Shown piece by piece: positions 1 to 10,567 of a stretch of 64,000 bases of DNA. Each line of letters opens with the position of its first letter. Position 1 is the stretch's first letter. Source of the stretch: Centroscyllium fabricii (Eukaryota); assembly GCA_051313645.2 (NCBI GenBank), contig JBNRSN020000025.1, positions 496,001 through 560,000 on the forward strand. The letters are read 5' to 3'. A program made the translations under genes and the position numbers. The notes beneath the pieces were generated by a model, which saw nothing but the letters and a program-made list of their open reading frames with translations, searched no databases and was not told where the DNA came from.

Positions 1-1472
1 GGATTTCCAGTGCCACCTGAAGAGCGTGACAGTGCAGGGGATCGGACATTTACCAGGTCGGAGGTCGGGCGTATGCTGAAGGAGGGGATAATTGAAGCCA
101 GCACCAGCCCCTGGCGGGCCCAGGTCGTAGTGGTTAAGACAGGCGAGAAACTGCGGATGGTGATCGACTACAGCCAGACCATTAACCGCTACACCGGGCT
201 CGACGCCTACCCCATTCCCCGCATCTCGGAAATGGTTAACCAGATCGCCCAGTACAAGGTGTTCTCCACAATCGACCTTAAGTCGGCGTATCACCAACTC
301 CCGATCCGGAAAGCCGACCGCCCGTACACCGCCTTCGAGGCGAACGGTTGGCTCTACCACTTCCTCCGGGTCCCCTTCGGCGTGACCAACGGAGTGTCGG
401 TATTCCAAAGGGAGATGGACCGCATGGTTGACCAGAACGGGTTGAAGGCCACTTTCCCCTACCTGGACAACGTGGCCATCTGCGGACATGACCAGCAGGA
501 CCACGATGCCAACCTGGCCAAATTCCTCCACACGGCGAAATGGCTCGATCTCACGTACAATAAAGATAAGTGCGTCTTTAGTACAGATCGGCTCGCCATC
601 CTCGGATACGTGGTGGAAAACGGGGTCCTCGGCCCCGACCCACAGCGTATGCGTCCCTTACAGGAACTGCCCCTACCTCACAACCCCAAAGCCCTGAAGA
701 GATGTCTGGGATTTTTCTCTTATTACGCGCAATGGGTCCCCCAGTTCGCGGATAAGGCCAGACCGCTCCTCAAGGCTGCCATCTTCCCCCTCTCGGTAGA
801 AGCCCACACGGTGTTCGCCCGGATCAAGGAAGATATTATCAAGGCGACCATGCACGCCGTTGATGAGTCCATCCCTTTCCAGGTGGAGAGTGACGCTTCG
901 GACTTTGCCCTTGCTGCCACCCTGAATCAGGCAGGCAGGCCCATAGCGTTTTTCTCCCGCACCCTACAGGGACCCGAAACTCGCCACTCTGCAGTGGAAA
1001 AGGAGGCCCAGGCCATCGTGGAGGCCGTGCGCTACTGGCGTCATTACCTGGCCGGTAAACGTTTTACCCTGCTCACCGACCAACGGTCGGTCGCGTTTAT
1101 GTTTAACAATAAACAAAAGGATAAAATCAAGAATGATAAGATCCTGCCATGGCGGATCGAGCTCTCGACTTACGACCAGGCAAACTCAATGAACCCCCAG
1201 ACGCACTGTCCAGGGGAACGTGCGCCAGTGCCCAGCTAGACTGGCTGAAGGAACTCCACGATCGCCTCTGCCACCCGGGTATCACCAGACTTGCCCATTT
1301 CGTTAAGTCCCGTAGCCTCCCCTACTCCATCACGGAGATCAAGGCTATGACCAGAGAGTGCCCTGTTTGCGCTGAGTGCAAACCCCAATTTTACAGGCCA
1401 GACGCGGCACTCCTCATTAATTGCAAGAAGTCAAACAACACCAGATTATAGTCCAACAGTTTTATTTTAAAT

Positions 1473-1508
1473 CACAAGCTTTCGGAGCGTTTGCCCCTTC
1501 GTCAGGTG
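1473..1508 (-). ncRNA. Second hammerhead motif in the inverted arm
   Basis: Reverse complement reads CACCTGACGAAGGGGCAAACGCTCCGAAAGCTTGTG. Confidence 0.6.
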
Positions 1509-1568
1509 GAAAGAGAGACTGACCTCCCTTCCTCCGTTATGTGTTTTCTTTAGGTCAGTCTCTCTTTC

Positions 1569-1604
1569 CACCTGACGAAGGGGCGAACGCTCCGAAAGCT
1601 TGTG
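1569..1604 (+). ncRNA. Minimal type I hammerhead ribozyme motif (Penelope-type)
   Basis: CAC-CTGACGA-A-GGGGCG-AA-CGCTCC-GAAA-GCTT-GTG: core boxes, stem II, palindromic stem III AGCT, stem I CAC/GTG. Confidence 0.65.
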
Positions 1605-2807
1605 ATTTAAAATAAAGCTATTGGACTATAATGTGGTGTTGTGTGACTTCTTGCAATTGTCCACCCCCGTCCAACACCGGCACCTCCATATCATACCTCA
1701 TTAAGGCCACCTGCCGCTTTGAACGTCTAAGCGTGGACTTCAAAGGCCCCCTCCCCTCCACCGACCGCAACTCGTACTTCCTCATGGTCGTAGACGAGTT
1801 CTCCCGCTTCCCCTGCCCAGATATGACGAGCGCAATGGTGATCAAACACTTCACCACGCTGTTCGCCATTTTCGGTCTCCCCAGCTACATCCATAGCGAC
1901 CGGAGGTCGTCGTTCATGAGCGACGAACTGCGTCAGTTCCCGCTTCAGAAAGGGGTTGCCTCAAGCAGAACGACCAGTTACAACCCCCGGGGGAACGGCC
2001 AGGTAGAAAGGGAGAACGGGATCATCTGGAAGGCGGTCAGCCTGGCCCTGAAGTCCAGAGGCCTTCCAGTGTCCCGTTGGCAGGCAGTCCTCCCAGACGC
2101 GCTGCACTCCATCCGCTCTCTGCTGTGTACGGCTACCAACGCCACACCTCACGAATTGCTCTTTTCCTTCCCCAGGAAGTCGACTTCAGGGACAGCACTC
2201 CCACCATGGCTCACGATGCCGGGGCCGGTCTTACTTAGAAAGCATGTCCGCGGCCATAAGACCGACCCCCTGGTGGAGAAGGTGCAGCTGCTGCACGCCA
2301 ACCCACAGTACGCATACGTGCAGTTCCTGGACGGGCGCGAAGACACAGTTTCCATCAGGGACCTAGCGACCGCCGGGAGCACCGCAGCAGAGCCCCTGGT
2401 CGAGCCTCAGCCCGACCAGCCACTACCTACCGACCACTGGCCTACACACCAACCACAACCCACCGGATTTTGGCCTATGCACACACACACACCAGAGCCC
2501 CCTCCACTACCAGCCGAGGACCAAGAACCGGATGCCGCACCGCAGCCACAGCAGCAGCCGGAGGACCTGCAGGCACAGCAGCAGCCGGAGGGCCCGGCCC
2601 CACCGACACTACCGGCACCAGCGCCGCCGACACTACAGGCACCAGTGCCGCAGACACTACCGGCACCAGCGCCGTCAACAGTGCAGGCACCAGTGCTGCT
2701 AACAGAGACCCGGCGGTCCTCAACACAGACGCAACCGCCGGAGAGACTTATTATGAACTGCTCTGTCCATTCACCCCGCCGGATTTAATTTTCAAAGAAG
2801 GGGTGAA

Positions 2808-3099
2808 TGTGGTAACCATTATATAATGTTTATTACCACTGTAATATTGATGCACAATATCAACCAGCATGTATAGTGGCTGGGTGCACTATACACAGCT
2901 TTGTATTGCGACACTGTCGCGGGGTCAGGTCAGCCACACCTCTAACTCCTCCCCTCAGGTGAGTGCCTTATAGGTGGGGTCTGACCTGCCCCCATTCATT
3001 CTGTACCTGATGTTCGACCGGAGCGTAGCTCCTTTGTAAAGCTAATAAAAGCCTTTAGTTAAGGTAACTACGCGTCTTTATATTATTGACGATACGTCA
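2808..3099 (+). repeat. 3' LTR of Gypsy copy 1
   Basis: Starts TGTGG after the PPT, contains AATAAAAGCC, ends TTATTGAC...GTCA like the LTR ends of copies 2 and 3. Confidence 0.8.
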
Positions 3100-3180
3100 G
3101 TGGAGTAGGCTTGAGACAGCAGATTTAGGAGGTTGTGGTGATACACACAGCAGGATGTAGGTGAATGTGCCACTGCTCGC

Positions 3181-3390
3181 ACCTTTCCTGCAATGGATTC
3201 AGGAACATGGCACCATGCTCCTGCTGCTTACCTCTTCTGTCACCTCCAACCACTCCTTCTTGGTGCCCCCAGCCAGTTTCTTTCTTCCGTTGCGAGGGAA
3301 GATTATCTCTCCCTGGGTCCTCACTACCCACAGCAGCAGATCCAGGGAGGCATCCGTGAAGCGCGGTGCAGCATTTGCCCTCCTGGCCTC
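3181..3390 (-). pseudogene. Myb/SANT-like DNA-binding protein fragment, probably from a PIF/Harbinger transposon
   Basis: Manual translation of the minus strand: EARRANAAPRFTDASLDLLLWVVRTQGEIIFPRNGRKKLAGGTKKEWLEVTEEVSSRSMVPCS*IHCRK, with the PRF...W.EV...CRK pattern and an in-frame stop. Confidence 0.6.
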
Positions 3391-3737
3391 TATAGCAACA
3401 ATCCAGTTCTCTGACAGTGAACTCCAACTTCTTCAAGTTGCATCTTTGGATTGTCCCTTTAAATACTGGAGTTGAGACATGTCATATGGGTCGTCATCGC
3501 TCCCGCTGCTGCTGATTGGACGGAAAACCTGGAAATAAAAGGTTAATTAAGTGGTTACGTTAAAAAGCCATGGATAGACGTGCTTAACATATTTCTGGAT
3601 TTCCCACGCACTCTGCATTTCCCACGTACTATCGGGTCCCCTGCTCCCAGCACGTTTGTACATTAAAATCCAACTCTCAGTTTTTATTCGCTCGAAACCA
3701 CCCATGAGGTGGGTTCTTTCAACAAGTTGAAAGCCTA

Positions 3738-3920
3738 TGTCTATAGTTGTTTATAGTTGTCTATAGATGCCTGTAGTTATCTATAGTTGTCTGTAGTTGT
3801 CTGTAGTTGTCTGTAGTTTTCTATAGATGTCTATAGTTGTCGATAGTTGTCTGTGGTTGTCTGTAGTTGTCTAATGATGTTTATAGTTGTCGATGTCTAT
3901 AGTTGTCTATAGTTGTCTAC
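3738..3920. repeat. 10-bp minisatellite (GTCT[A/G]TAGTT)n
   Basis: Directly visible degenerate tandem copies. Confidence 0.9.
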
Positions 3921-3989
3921 AAGGTTACCACATCAATCTTTGATGCATTTTAACACATCACCCGAAGAAGGCGGCAGAGAATGAAAAAC

Positions 3990-4280
3990 AGAAAGATTTG
4001 CATTTATTCAACGCCTTTCATGACCTCAGGACATCCCAAAGTGCTTTACAGCCAATGAAATAATTTTGAAGTGTAGTCACTGCTGTAATGTCCAAAATGT
4101 GGCAGCCAATTTGCGCACAGCAAGATCCCACAACAGCAATGTGATAATGACCAGACAATCTGTTTTAGTGATGTTGGGTGAGGGATAACTTTTGGCCAGG
4201 ACACTGGGGATTAATCCCCTACTCTTCTTAGTGACATGGGATCTTTTACTTGAGAGAGCAGACTGTTTAATGTCTCATCC
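3990..4280 (-). mobile_element. Deu-domain SINE fragment (SacSINE1/AmnSINE1-like)
   Basis: Reverse complement has AAAAGATCCCATG, GTGTCCTGGCCAA, TTGCTGTGCGCAAATTGGCTGCC, TGTAAAGCACTTTGGGATG...ATAAATGCAA, recognised from memory of the Deu-SINE core and tail. Confidence 0.7.
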
Positions 4281-4575
4281 CTACTTACTACTACGAAAAT
4301 CAGCAAGGCCAGCGCTCCTCACTTGCCTGCACCATGGGTGACACAGTCCCAACTTTGCCGATATCACAAAATGGGGACCAATACCTTAAATAAAAATAAA
4401 TAATGCTTGTATTTATAGCATTATCAAAATGACTGAAGGTTTTCCGGACAAGACGGAAGTGACTGAACATATTCACTAGTGGCCTTGGAACTCGAGTGCG
4501 CCTGGATGAATATATGTGCTGGATGAATACATTTGTCAATGGTACTTCAGTGCTTACTATGCACCAAATTGCTTT

Positions 4576-4857
4576 TGTGATAAACTATATATCACTGTAT
4601 ATAACGAACCAACTTGTAATACCTTGTAATACCTTGTAATACCTGTAATACCTTGTAATACCTGTATGGGATCCCAGGGACATACCTGGCGCCGCCCATG
4701 ACTCCTCCCGCGCTGGAGGAGGTATATAAGAGACTGCTACCATCCCCCGCGCCATTCTGGGGACAGTCAGCTCTGTTGAGTATTGCTAAACGTAGTTAAT
4801 AAAAGCCTGATTATTATAACCAACTATTCGACTCCGAAGACGTTATTGACGGTTACA
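4576..4857 (+). repeat. 5' LTR of copy 2
   Basis: Direct repeat of 8990-9271; (CCTTGTAATA)n repeats, TATA box TATATAAG at ~4723, AATAAA at 4798. Confidence 0.96.
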
Positions 4858-4876
4858 ATTTTATTAACCACTGGAA

Positions 4877-7800
4877 ATGGATACTACAATGTTGAAACCA
4901 TCAGTGTTCGAAGTTGACCCCCGATCGCCTGGAGCATCAAACGCTTTCTCACACTGGCGAAATGTACTTGAAGGATACGTTAGAGCCAACGCAGCGGTCA
5001 TACTGACCGAGGAGCAAAAAACGACGGCTCCTCCACGCCCGGGTGGGCCCGCAAGTATATTCGATGATAGTGGACGCCCCATCATTCCAAGAAGCCCTCA
5101 GGATCCTCGAGGCGGAATACAATCGGGCACCAAACAGAGTCCACGCGAGACATATACTTGCCACCCGAAAACAACAGAATAACGAATCGAGTGTGCAGTT
5201 CCTAAGAGCCCTCAGAACTCTGGCACGGGATTGTGACTGCAGAGCGCAAACGGCCCTAGTGCATATGGAGAGTCTCATCAGGGATGCCTATGTAACAGGC
5301 CTGAAATCGGACTATGCTAGACAAAGACTGCTAGAGCAGAATGGCCAGGACTTACAGGCCACTACAGATTTGGGACACGCGCTAGATAGCGCCTCTACGG
5401 ATTTATCATCCTACTCTAGTAACTATACGGGCCCAGCCCCGCAATCTTGGACAGTACTGGCGCAAAGACCGCCAGAGGAACTTCTCACAGCGGCACACGC
5501 TAAAGCTAAATGCTACTTCTGTGGGCAACCACAGCATCCAAGACGCAGCTGCCCCGCAAAAGAAGCAATCTGCTCCAAGTGCGACAAAAAAGGACACTAT
5601 GCGAAGGTCTGCAAAGGCCCAAACGTTAAATCAAGACTGGGCAGCGCTGCATGTGGAACAGGGGAGCAGCAATATCGGGCTCACCCATCCCCCACTCGGC
5701 AGCACTCAAGGCAGCAACAGCACCCATCCCCCACTCAACAGCACAGCACATGGCGGCAGCCATCTCAGGAAGCTGATCTGGAGGACTACTCTCCGGATCA
5801 AAATAACTACTCTCCGGACCAAGATAACTACTCTCCGGATCAAGACTTTGCGGAGGACCTGGTACTAGCATCCGTGAGCCTAGACCAGAGGAAAATCCAG
5901 CCACTAGAGAGGTCGATGATGCCGGTGGAAGTTAACGGTGAAGAGGTGATGTGCCTGTTCGACAGTGGGAGCACAGTAAGTTTTGTTCACCAGAATACTG
6001 TAAAGCGCCTCTCCCTTAAAGTAATCCCTGCGCGCCAGAGAATATCTATGGCGTCAAAGTCAGAATCCGCTGACGTCACCGGGCGCTGTATTGTAACTCT
6101 TAATGTACAGGGGGCAATGTTTAATGATTTTAGTTTTTACGTGCTGCCGCAGCTCTGCGCCCCCCTACTCCTGGGACTGGATTTCCAGTGCCATCTTCGG
6201 AGCGTTACGATGGCATTCGGTGGACCCCTTCCCCCTCTCACGGTCACAAACCGCGGCTCAAAGCGGCACCCCCAGTACACTACCTGTGGTCTCTCAACCC
6301 TTAAGGTTGCCCCTCCATCCCTCTTTGCCAATCTCACCCCAGACTGTAAGCCCGTCGCCACCAAGAGTAGGCGCTACAGTGCTGGGGACATGGCATTTAT
6401 AAAATCTGAGGTGCAGCGCCTCCTAAAAGAAGGGGTCATAGAGGCCAGTAATAGCCCTTGGAGAGCACAGGTAGTCGTGGTGAAAACCGGGGAGAAGAAT
6501 AGGATGGTAGTGGATTACAGCCAGACCATAAACCGGTTCACCCAATTAGATGCCTACCCCCTTCCCCGGATAGCGGACATGGTGAACCAAATCGCCCAGT
6601 TTAAAGTGTTCTCAACCATTGACCTAAAATCTGCTTATCACCAGCTCCCCATCCGCTCACAGGACCGTCTTTATACTGCTTTTGAGGCTGACGGCCGCCT
6701 CTACCACTTCCTTAGGGTGCCGTTCGGAGTCACGAACGGGGTCTCGGTCTTCCAAAGGGAGATGGACCGAATGGTCGATCGGTACAGGCTGCGAGCGACC
6801 TTCCCGTACCTTGATAATGTGACCATCTGCGGCCATGACCAGCAGGACCATAACACCAATCTCCAAAAATTTCTCCACACAGCCAAAACCCTGAATTTAA
6901 CGTATAATAAGGAGAAATGTGTGTTTAGCACCACCCGCCTCGCCATCCTCGGCAACGTGGTGGAAAATGGAGTCATCGGTCCAGACCCGGACCGCATGCG
7001 CCCCCTCATGGAGCTTCCCCTCCCCCACTCCCCCAAATCTCTTAAACGGATTTTGGGATTCTTTGCCTATTATGCCCAGTGGGTCCCCAATTACGTGGAC
7101 AAAGCTCGCCCACTATTAAAATCAACCTCTTTCCCACTTTCTGCAGAAGCCAACTCGGCATTCTGCAGAATTAAAAAGGACATAGCCAAAGCCACGATGC
7201 ACGCTGTGGATGAGTCCGTCCCATTCCAAGTGGAAAGTGATGCATCTGACTTTGCCCTGGCCGCCACCCTAAACCAGGCGGGCAGACCCGTGGCCTTCTT
7301 TTCACGTACCCTCCAAGGCCCAGAAACCCGCCATTCCTCAATTGAAAAGGAGGCCCAAGCCATTGTTGAAGCAGTGCGGCATTGGAAGCACTACCTGGCC
7401 GGCAAGCGTTTTACCCTGTTGACTGACCAACGCTCAGTCGCTTTTATGTTCAACAACAAAGAGCGGGGTAAGATCAAGAACGACAAAATACTAAGGTGGA
7501 GAATTGAACTATCAGCGTTCAATTATGATATTTTGTACCGGCCCGGGAAATTTAACGAACCCCCAGATGCCCTATCCCGCGGTACCTGTGCCAGCGCACA
7601 GGCTGACCGTCTCCAAACCCTTCACAATGACCTCTGCCACCCGGGGGTCACCAGGTTGGTTCACTTTGTGAAGTCCCGCAACCTCCCCTACTCCATCGAA
7701 GAAGTCAAGACCATGACCAGCAACTGCCAGGTCTGTGCGGAGTGCAAGCCGCACTTCTACCGGCCCGACCGGGCGCACTTAATCAAGGCCACTCGTCCCT

Positions 7801-8861
7801 TTGAACGACTCAGTGTCGACTTTAAAGGGCCCCTTCCCTCAGCCAACAGGTACGTCTATTTCCTCAATGTTATAGATGAGTACTCCCGTTTCCCCTTCGC
7901 CATCCCCTGCCAGGACATGACCTCCGCCACCGTTATCAAAGCCCTCAGTAGCATCTTCTCCCTGTTCGGGTACCCGAACTATATCCATAGTGACCGGGGG
8001 GCCTCTTTTATGAGTGACGAGCTGCGTCAGTTCCTGCTAGCAAAAGGCATCGCGACTAGCAGGACTACCAGCTACAACCCCCGGGGGAACGGGCAGGTAG
8101 AGAGGGAGAACGCCACGGTCTGGAAAGCCATCCAGTTAGCCCTAAAGTCCAAAGACCTCCCAGTCACCCGATGGCAGGACGTGCTCCCTGAAGCCCTCCA
8201 CTCTATCCGGTCCCTCCTGTGTACTGCCACTAATGCCACCCCTCACGAAAGACTTTTTGCCTTCCCCAGGAAGTCAGCTTCCGGGACCTCGCTACCATCG
8301 TGGCTGCTATCCCCGGGACCGGTCCTGCTGCGGAAGCATGTGAGGGGACACAAGGCAGATCCCCTAGTCGAACGGGTCCACCTCCTGCACGCCAATCCCC
8401 AGTACGCTTACATAGAGTACCCCGACGGGAGGGAGGACACCGTGTCCATAAAGGACCTAGCCCCAGCAGGAGTCCCCAAAACCAGCCCCGCCAGGCAGCC
8501 CGAGCTCCCAAAACGTCCTGTGACGCCCCCCGAGCCACCGAGGCCGAAGTACACGCCCCGACACGTGGGCCCAGTACCCCAGTATGTCCACAAGGCACCT
8601 GCGAGCAGCACGACCCGGCCCCAAGCCTGGATCCACAACGCGCGCCCCCTAGAGCCAGAGGACGAAGGAGAGAACGCGCCCCCTGCTGTCGAAATAGGGG
8701 CATCACCGCCACCCAGAAGTGACATAACCACCACCAGTCTACCGGCAGCAAGGGAACAACCGACACAACCAGCCACTCCACGACAACGAACACCACAGGC
8801 ACCACCAGCGGTGCGAAGATCAGCGCGGATAACGAAACCGCCTGAAAGACTGAATTTATAG
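4877..8861 (+). CDS. gag-pol: Gag-Pol polyprotein (2x CCHC, protease, RT, RNase H, integrase) with a single +1 frameshift at the A6 run 5016-5021
   Basis: ATG 4877; removing one A joins ...TEEQKRRLLHARVGPQVY to the 1272-aa ORF. Motifs CYFCGQPQHPRRSC, CSKCDKKGHYAKVC, LFDSGS, YLDN, ESDAS, HHCC and DDE. Confidence 0.88.
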
Positions 8862-8989
8862 TCATAAGAACTCTGATTGTATATATTTTGTTAATGAGCA
8901 CCTTGTAATTATTAGTTTTTTTTCTCACCCCATTGTACCTCTGTGTTTTGTTCACCCCGCTGTACTTTTGTTTTTAAAGAAGGGGTGAA

Positions 8990-9271
8990 TGTGATAAACT
9001 ATATATCACTGTATATAACGAACCACCTTGTAATACCTTGTAATACCTTGTAATACCTGTAATACCTTGTAATACCTGTATGGGATCCCAGGGACATACC
9101 TGGCGCCGCCCATGACTCCTCCCCCGCTGGAGGAGGTATATAAGAGACTGCTACCATCCCCCGCGCCATTCTGGGGACAGTCAGCTCTGTTGAGTATTGC
9201 TAAACGTAGTTAATAAAAGCCTGATTATTATAACCAACTATTCGACTCCGAAGACGTTATTGACGGTTACA
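8990..9271 (+). repeat. 3' LTR of copy 2
   Basis: Direct repeat of 4576-4857, preceded by PPT AAAGAAGGGGTGAA. Confidence 0.96.
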
Positions 9272-9739
9272 GCTTTGTTTTGCAATGTTTGTATTACACA
9301 TACAGCAGCTGAATGACCTTAATGAAAGCACCATGGAGTGCATTCTAATTGTTGCTTTCTGTGGAATGCACTATCTGACACAGTTGAAAAATCCAACTTT
9401 TGCTGATTGGTTCAGTGATGTGATCCTTGAAGGACAGTACGCAATACAACTGTTCACTCAAGTGCTTCAGAGTTAAAATTCTCGAGGCTAAACTATTTAT
9501 ATAGACTTGATAAAGTGTTCTTTTGTCAAGACTTCCACTGTATTGTCTGAAGAACTTTCAGTCATTTTGATAATGCTATAAGTGCAAGCATTATTTATTT
9601 TTATTTAAGGTGCTGGCCCCCATTTTGTGATGTCGGCAAAATTAGGACTGTGTCACCCATGGTGCAGGCAAGCCTGCGCTGGCAATGAGGAGCGCTGGCC
9701 TTGCTGATTTTTGCAGGGTGAGTAGGGTACGACAGCCAA

Positions 9740-9875
9740 GAGTTATGGTACTGGGTCAGCAATCCATAAGTCGTAAGTTCAAATCTCAGTATAGCAAGTT
9801 GAATTCATTAATATCCTTTAGGAAAATGACCTAACCCTTGCCTCGTCTGGCCTACATGTGAATCCAGTCCCAAAT
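9740..9875 (+). mobile_element. Degraded tRNA-derived SINE fragment
   Basis: B-box-like AGTTCAAATCT and the segment GTCTGGCCTACATGTGAATCCAG, which resembles a common shark SINE (from memory only). Confidence 0.4.
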
Positions 9876-10018
9876 TATTTGACTTCAGGACAGTTAAAGA
9901 TGGCAATACATGTGTTTTTCCAGTGTTGCCTGTGTTCCAAGCACAAATTTTAAAAAAAAGTCCTTTTCTCATCTCAATAGGCTCCCCGTGCAAGAAAAGC
10001 AATCACAGGGATTGGCTG

Positions 10019-10131
10019 TGGGGGGCCGGCGGGGGGGAGTGGGGGGGATGGGCGGGTGGGTGGGGGGAGCGGGGGGGTGGGATGGGGGCGATGGAGGGAG
10101 AGCGGGGGGTGGGGAGTGGAGTGGGGAGGGT
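10019..10131 (+). other. G-rich tract with G-quadruplex potential
   Basis: More than 12 runs of 3 or more G with short loops. Confidence 0.75.
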
Positions 10132-10302
10132 GGAAGGTCCTGTGATGCCGCAGCTCTTAAAGGGGATGGGAATGTTTCTTGTGATTACTGGAGAAGAAAC
10201 TGCAACCAACAATAGGTAAAATGGGCAGAAGCATCTGGAATCAAGAATGTGTGAAAAACATTTTTACTCAGGAAATCTCAGAGGTTTTGCTGAAGGAGGT
10301 GC

Positions 10303-10390
10303 TCTGGAATTCAGTTCAAGTCTGGAGCTGGTTGAGTCTGGGAAAGGTTTGGATTGGTGGACAAGCAGAAGAGAGGAAGCAGCAGAGGCA
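10303..10390 (+). repeat. Left arm of an 88-bp inverted repeat (partner 52508-52595)
   Basis: Manual alignment gives 80/88 identity to the reverse complement of 52508-52595, no gaps. Confidence 0.9.
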
Positions 10391-10435
10391 CGAGGGGCCA
10401 AGTGGCCTAATCCTACTCCTATTTCTTCTGTTCTT
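10391..10435 (+). mobile_element. CR1-type 3' terminal stem-loop and tail running directly into the satellite
   Basis: CGAGGGGCCAAGTGGCCTAATCCTACTCCTATTTCTTCTGTTCTT matches the LINE 3' end at 55482-55536 on the minus strand. Confidence 0.8.
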
Positions 10436-10567
10436 ATAGATAGATATCATGCTCTTATAGATGGATTTCATGCTCTTTTTGATGGATTTTATGCTCTTAT
10501 AGATGGATTTCATGTTCTTATAGATGGATTTCATGTTCTTACAGATGGATTTCATGTTCTTATAGAT
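10428..10567. repeat. 21-bp satellite, block A
   Basis: About 6-7 monomers before the LINE insertion. Confidence 0.95.

Larger units (their letters stand above)
1421..1695. mobile_element. Penelope-like pseudo-LTR remnant as an inverted pair, inserted in the integrase
   Basis: ~105-bp inverted arms (~1419-1525 and ~1552-1658), 9-bp TSD CCTCATTAA (1412-1420, 1696-1704); removing the insert restores RPDAALLIKAT; hammerhead cores in both arms. Confidence 0.8.
1..2788 (+). pseudogene. pol: Disrupted pol (RT, RNase H, integrase) of Gypsy copy 1
   Basis: Motifs SPWRAQVVVV, IDLKSAYHQ, FPYLDN, ESDAS, HHCC, SVDFKGP, HSDR, GQVERE. Frameshifting deletion near 1176 (YDILYRPG lost), insertion at 1421-1695, FAIP deleted near 1813 relative to copies 2 and 3. 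Confidence 0.9.
1..3099 (+). mobile_element. Ty3/Gypsy LTR retrotransposon copy 1 (5' part outside window; defective)
   Basis: RT-RNaseH-integrase coding pieces (ORFs 10-1239, 1149-1451, 1631-2788), PPT AAAGAAGGGGTGAA ending 2807, then a TG...CA LTR. Confidence 0.93.
4576..9271 (+). mobile_element. Full-length Ty3/Gypsy LTR retrotransposon copy 2 (young)
   Basis: 282-bp LTRs with TG...CA ends and 2 differences counted, 5-bp TSD GCTTT (4571-4575, 9272-9276), PPT before the 3' LTR, gag-pol. Confidence 0.97.
4279..9727. mobile_element. Non-autonomous DNA transposon/MITE (~750 bp) with ~180-bp TIRs, split by Gypsy copy 2
   Basis: 4279-~4460 is the degenerate reverse complement of ~9531-9727 (e.g. 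AAAATCAGCAAGGCCAGCGCTCCTCA, CTTGCCTGCACCATGGGTGACACAGTCC, TATAGCATTATCAAAATGACTGAA). Confidence 0.8.

Noticed and set aside
5016-5021. Programmed ribosomal frameshift in copy 2
   Set aside because: It lies early in gag rather than at the gag-pol boundary and the homologous region of copy 3 is in one frame, so it is more likely a mutation or homopolymer error.
8230-8955. 241-aa antisense ORF and other overlapping ORFs in the Gypsy and LINE elements
   Set aside because: These are shadow frames of GC-rich coding sequence, not conserved between copies, with no env-like or other domain features.
9910-10219. Gly-rich ORFs
   Set aside because: They are translations of the low-complexity G-tract.
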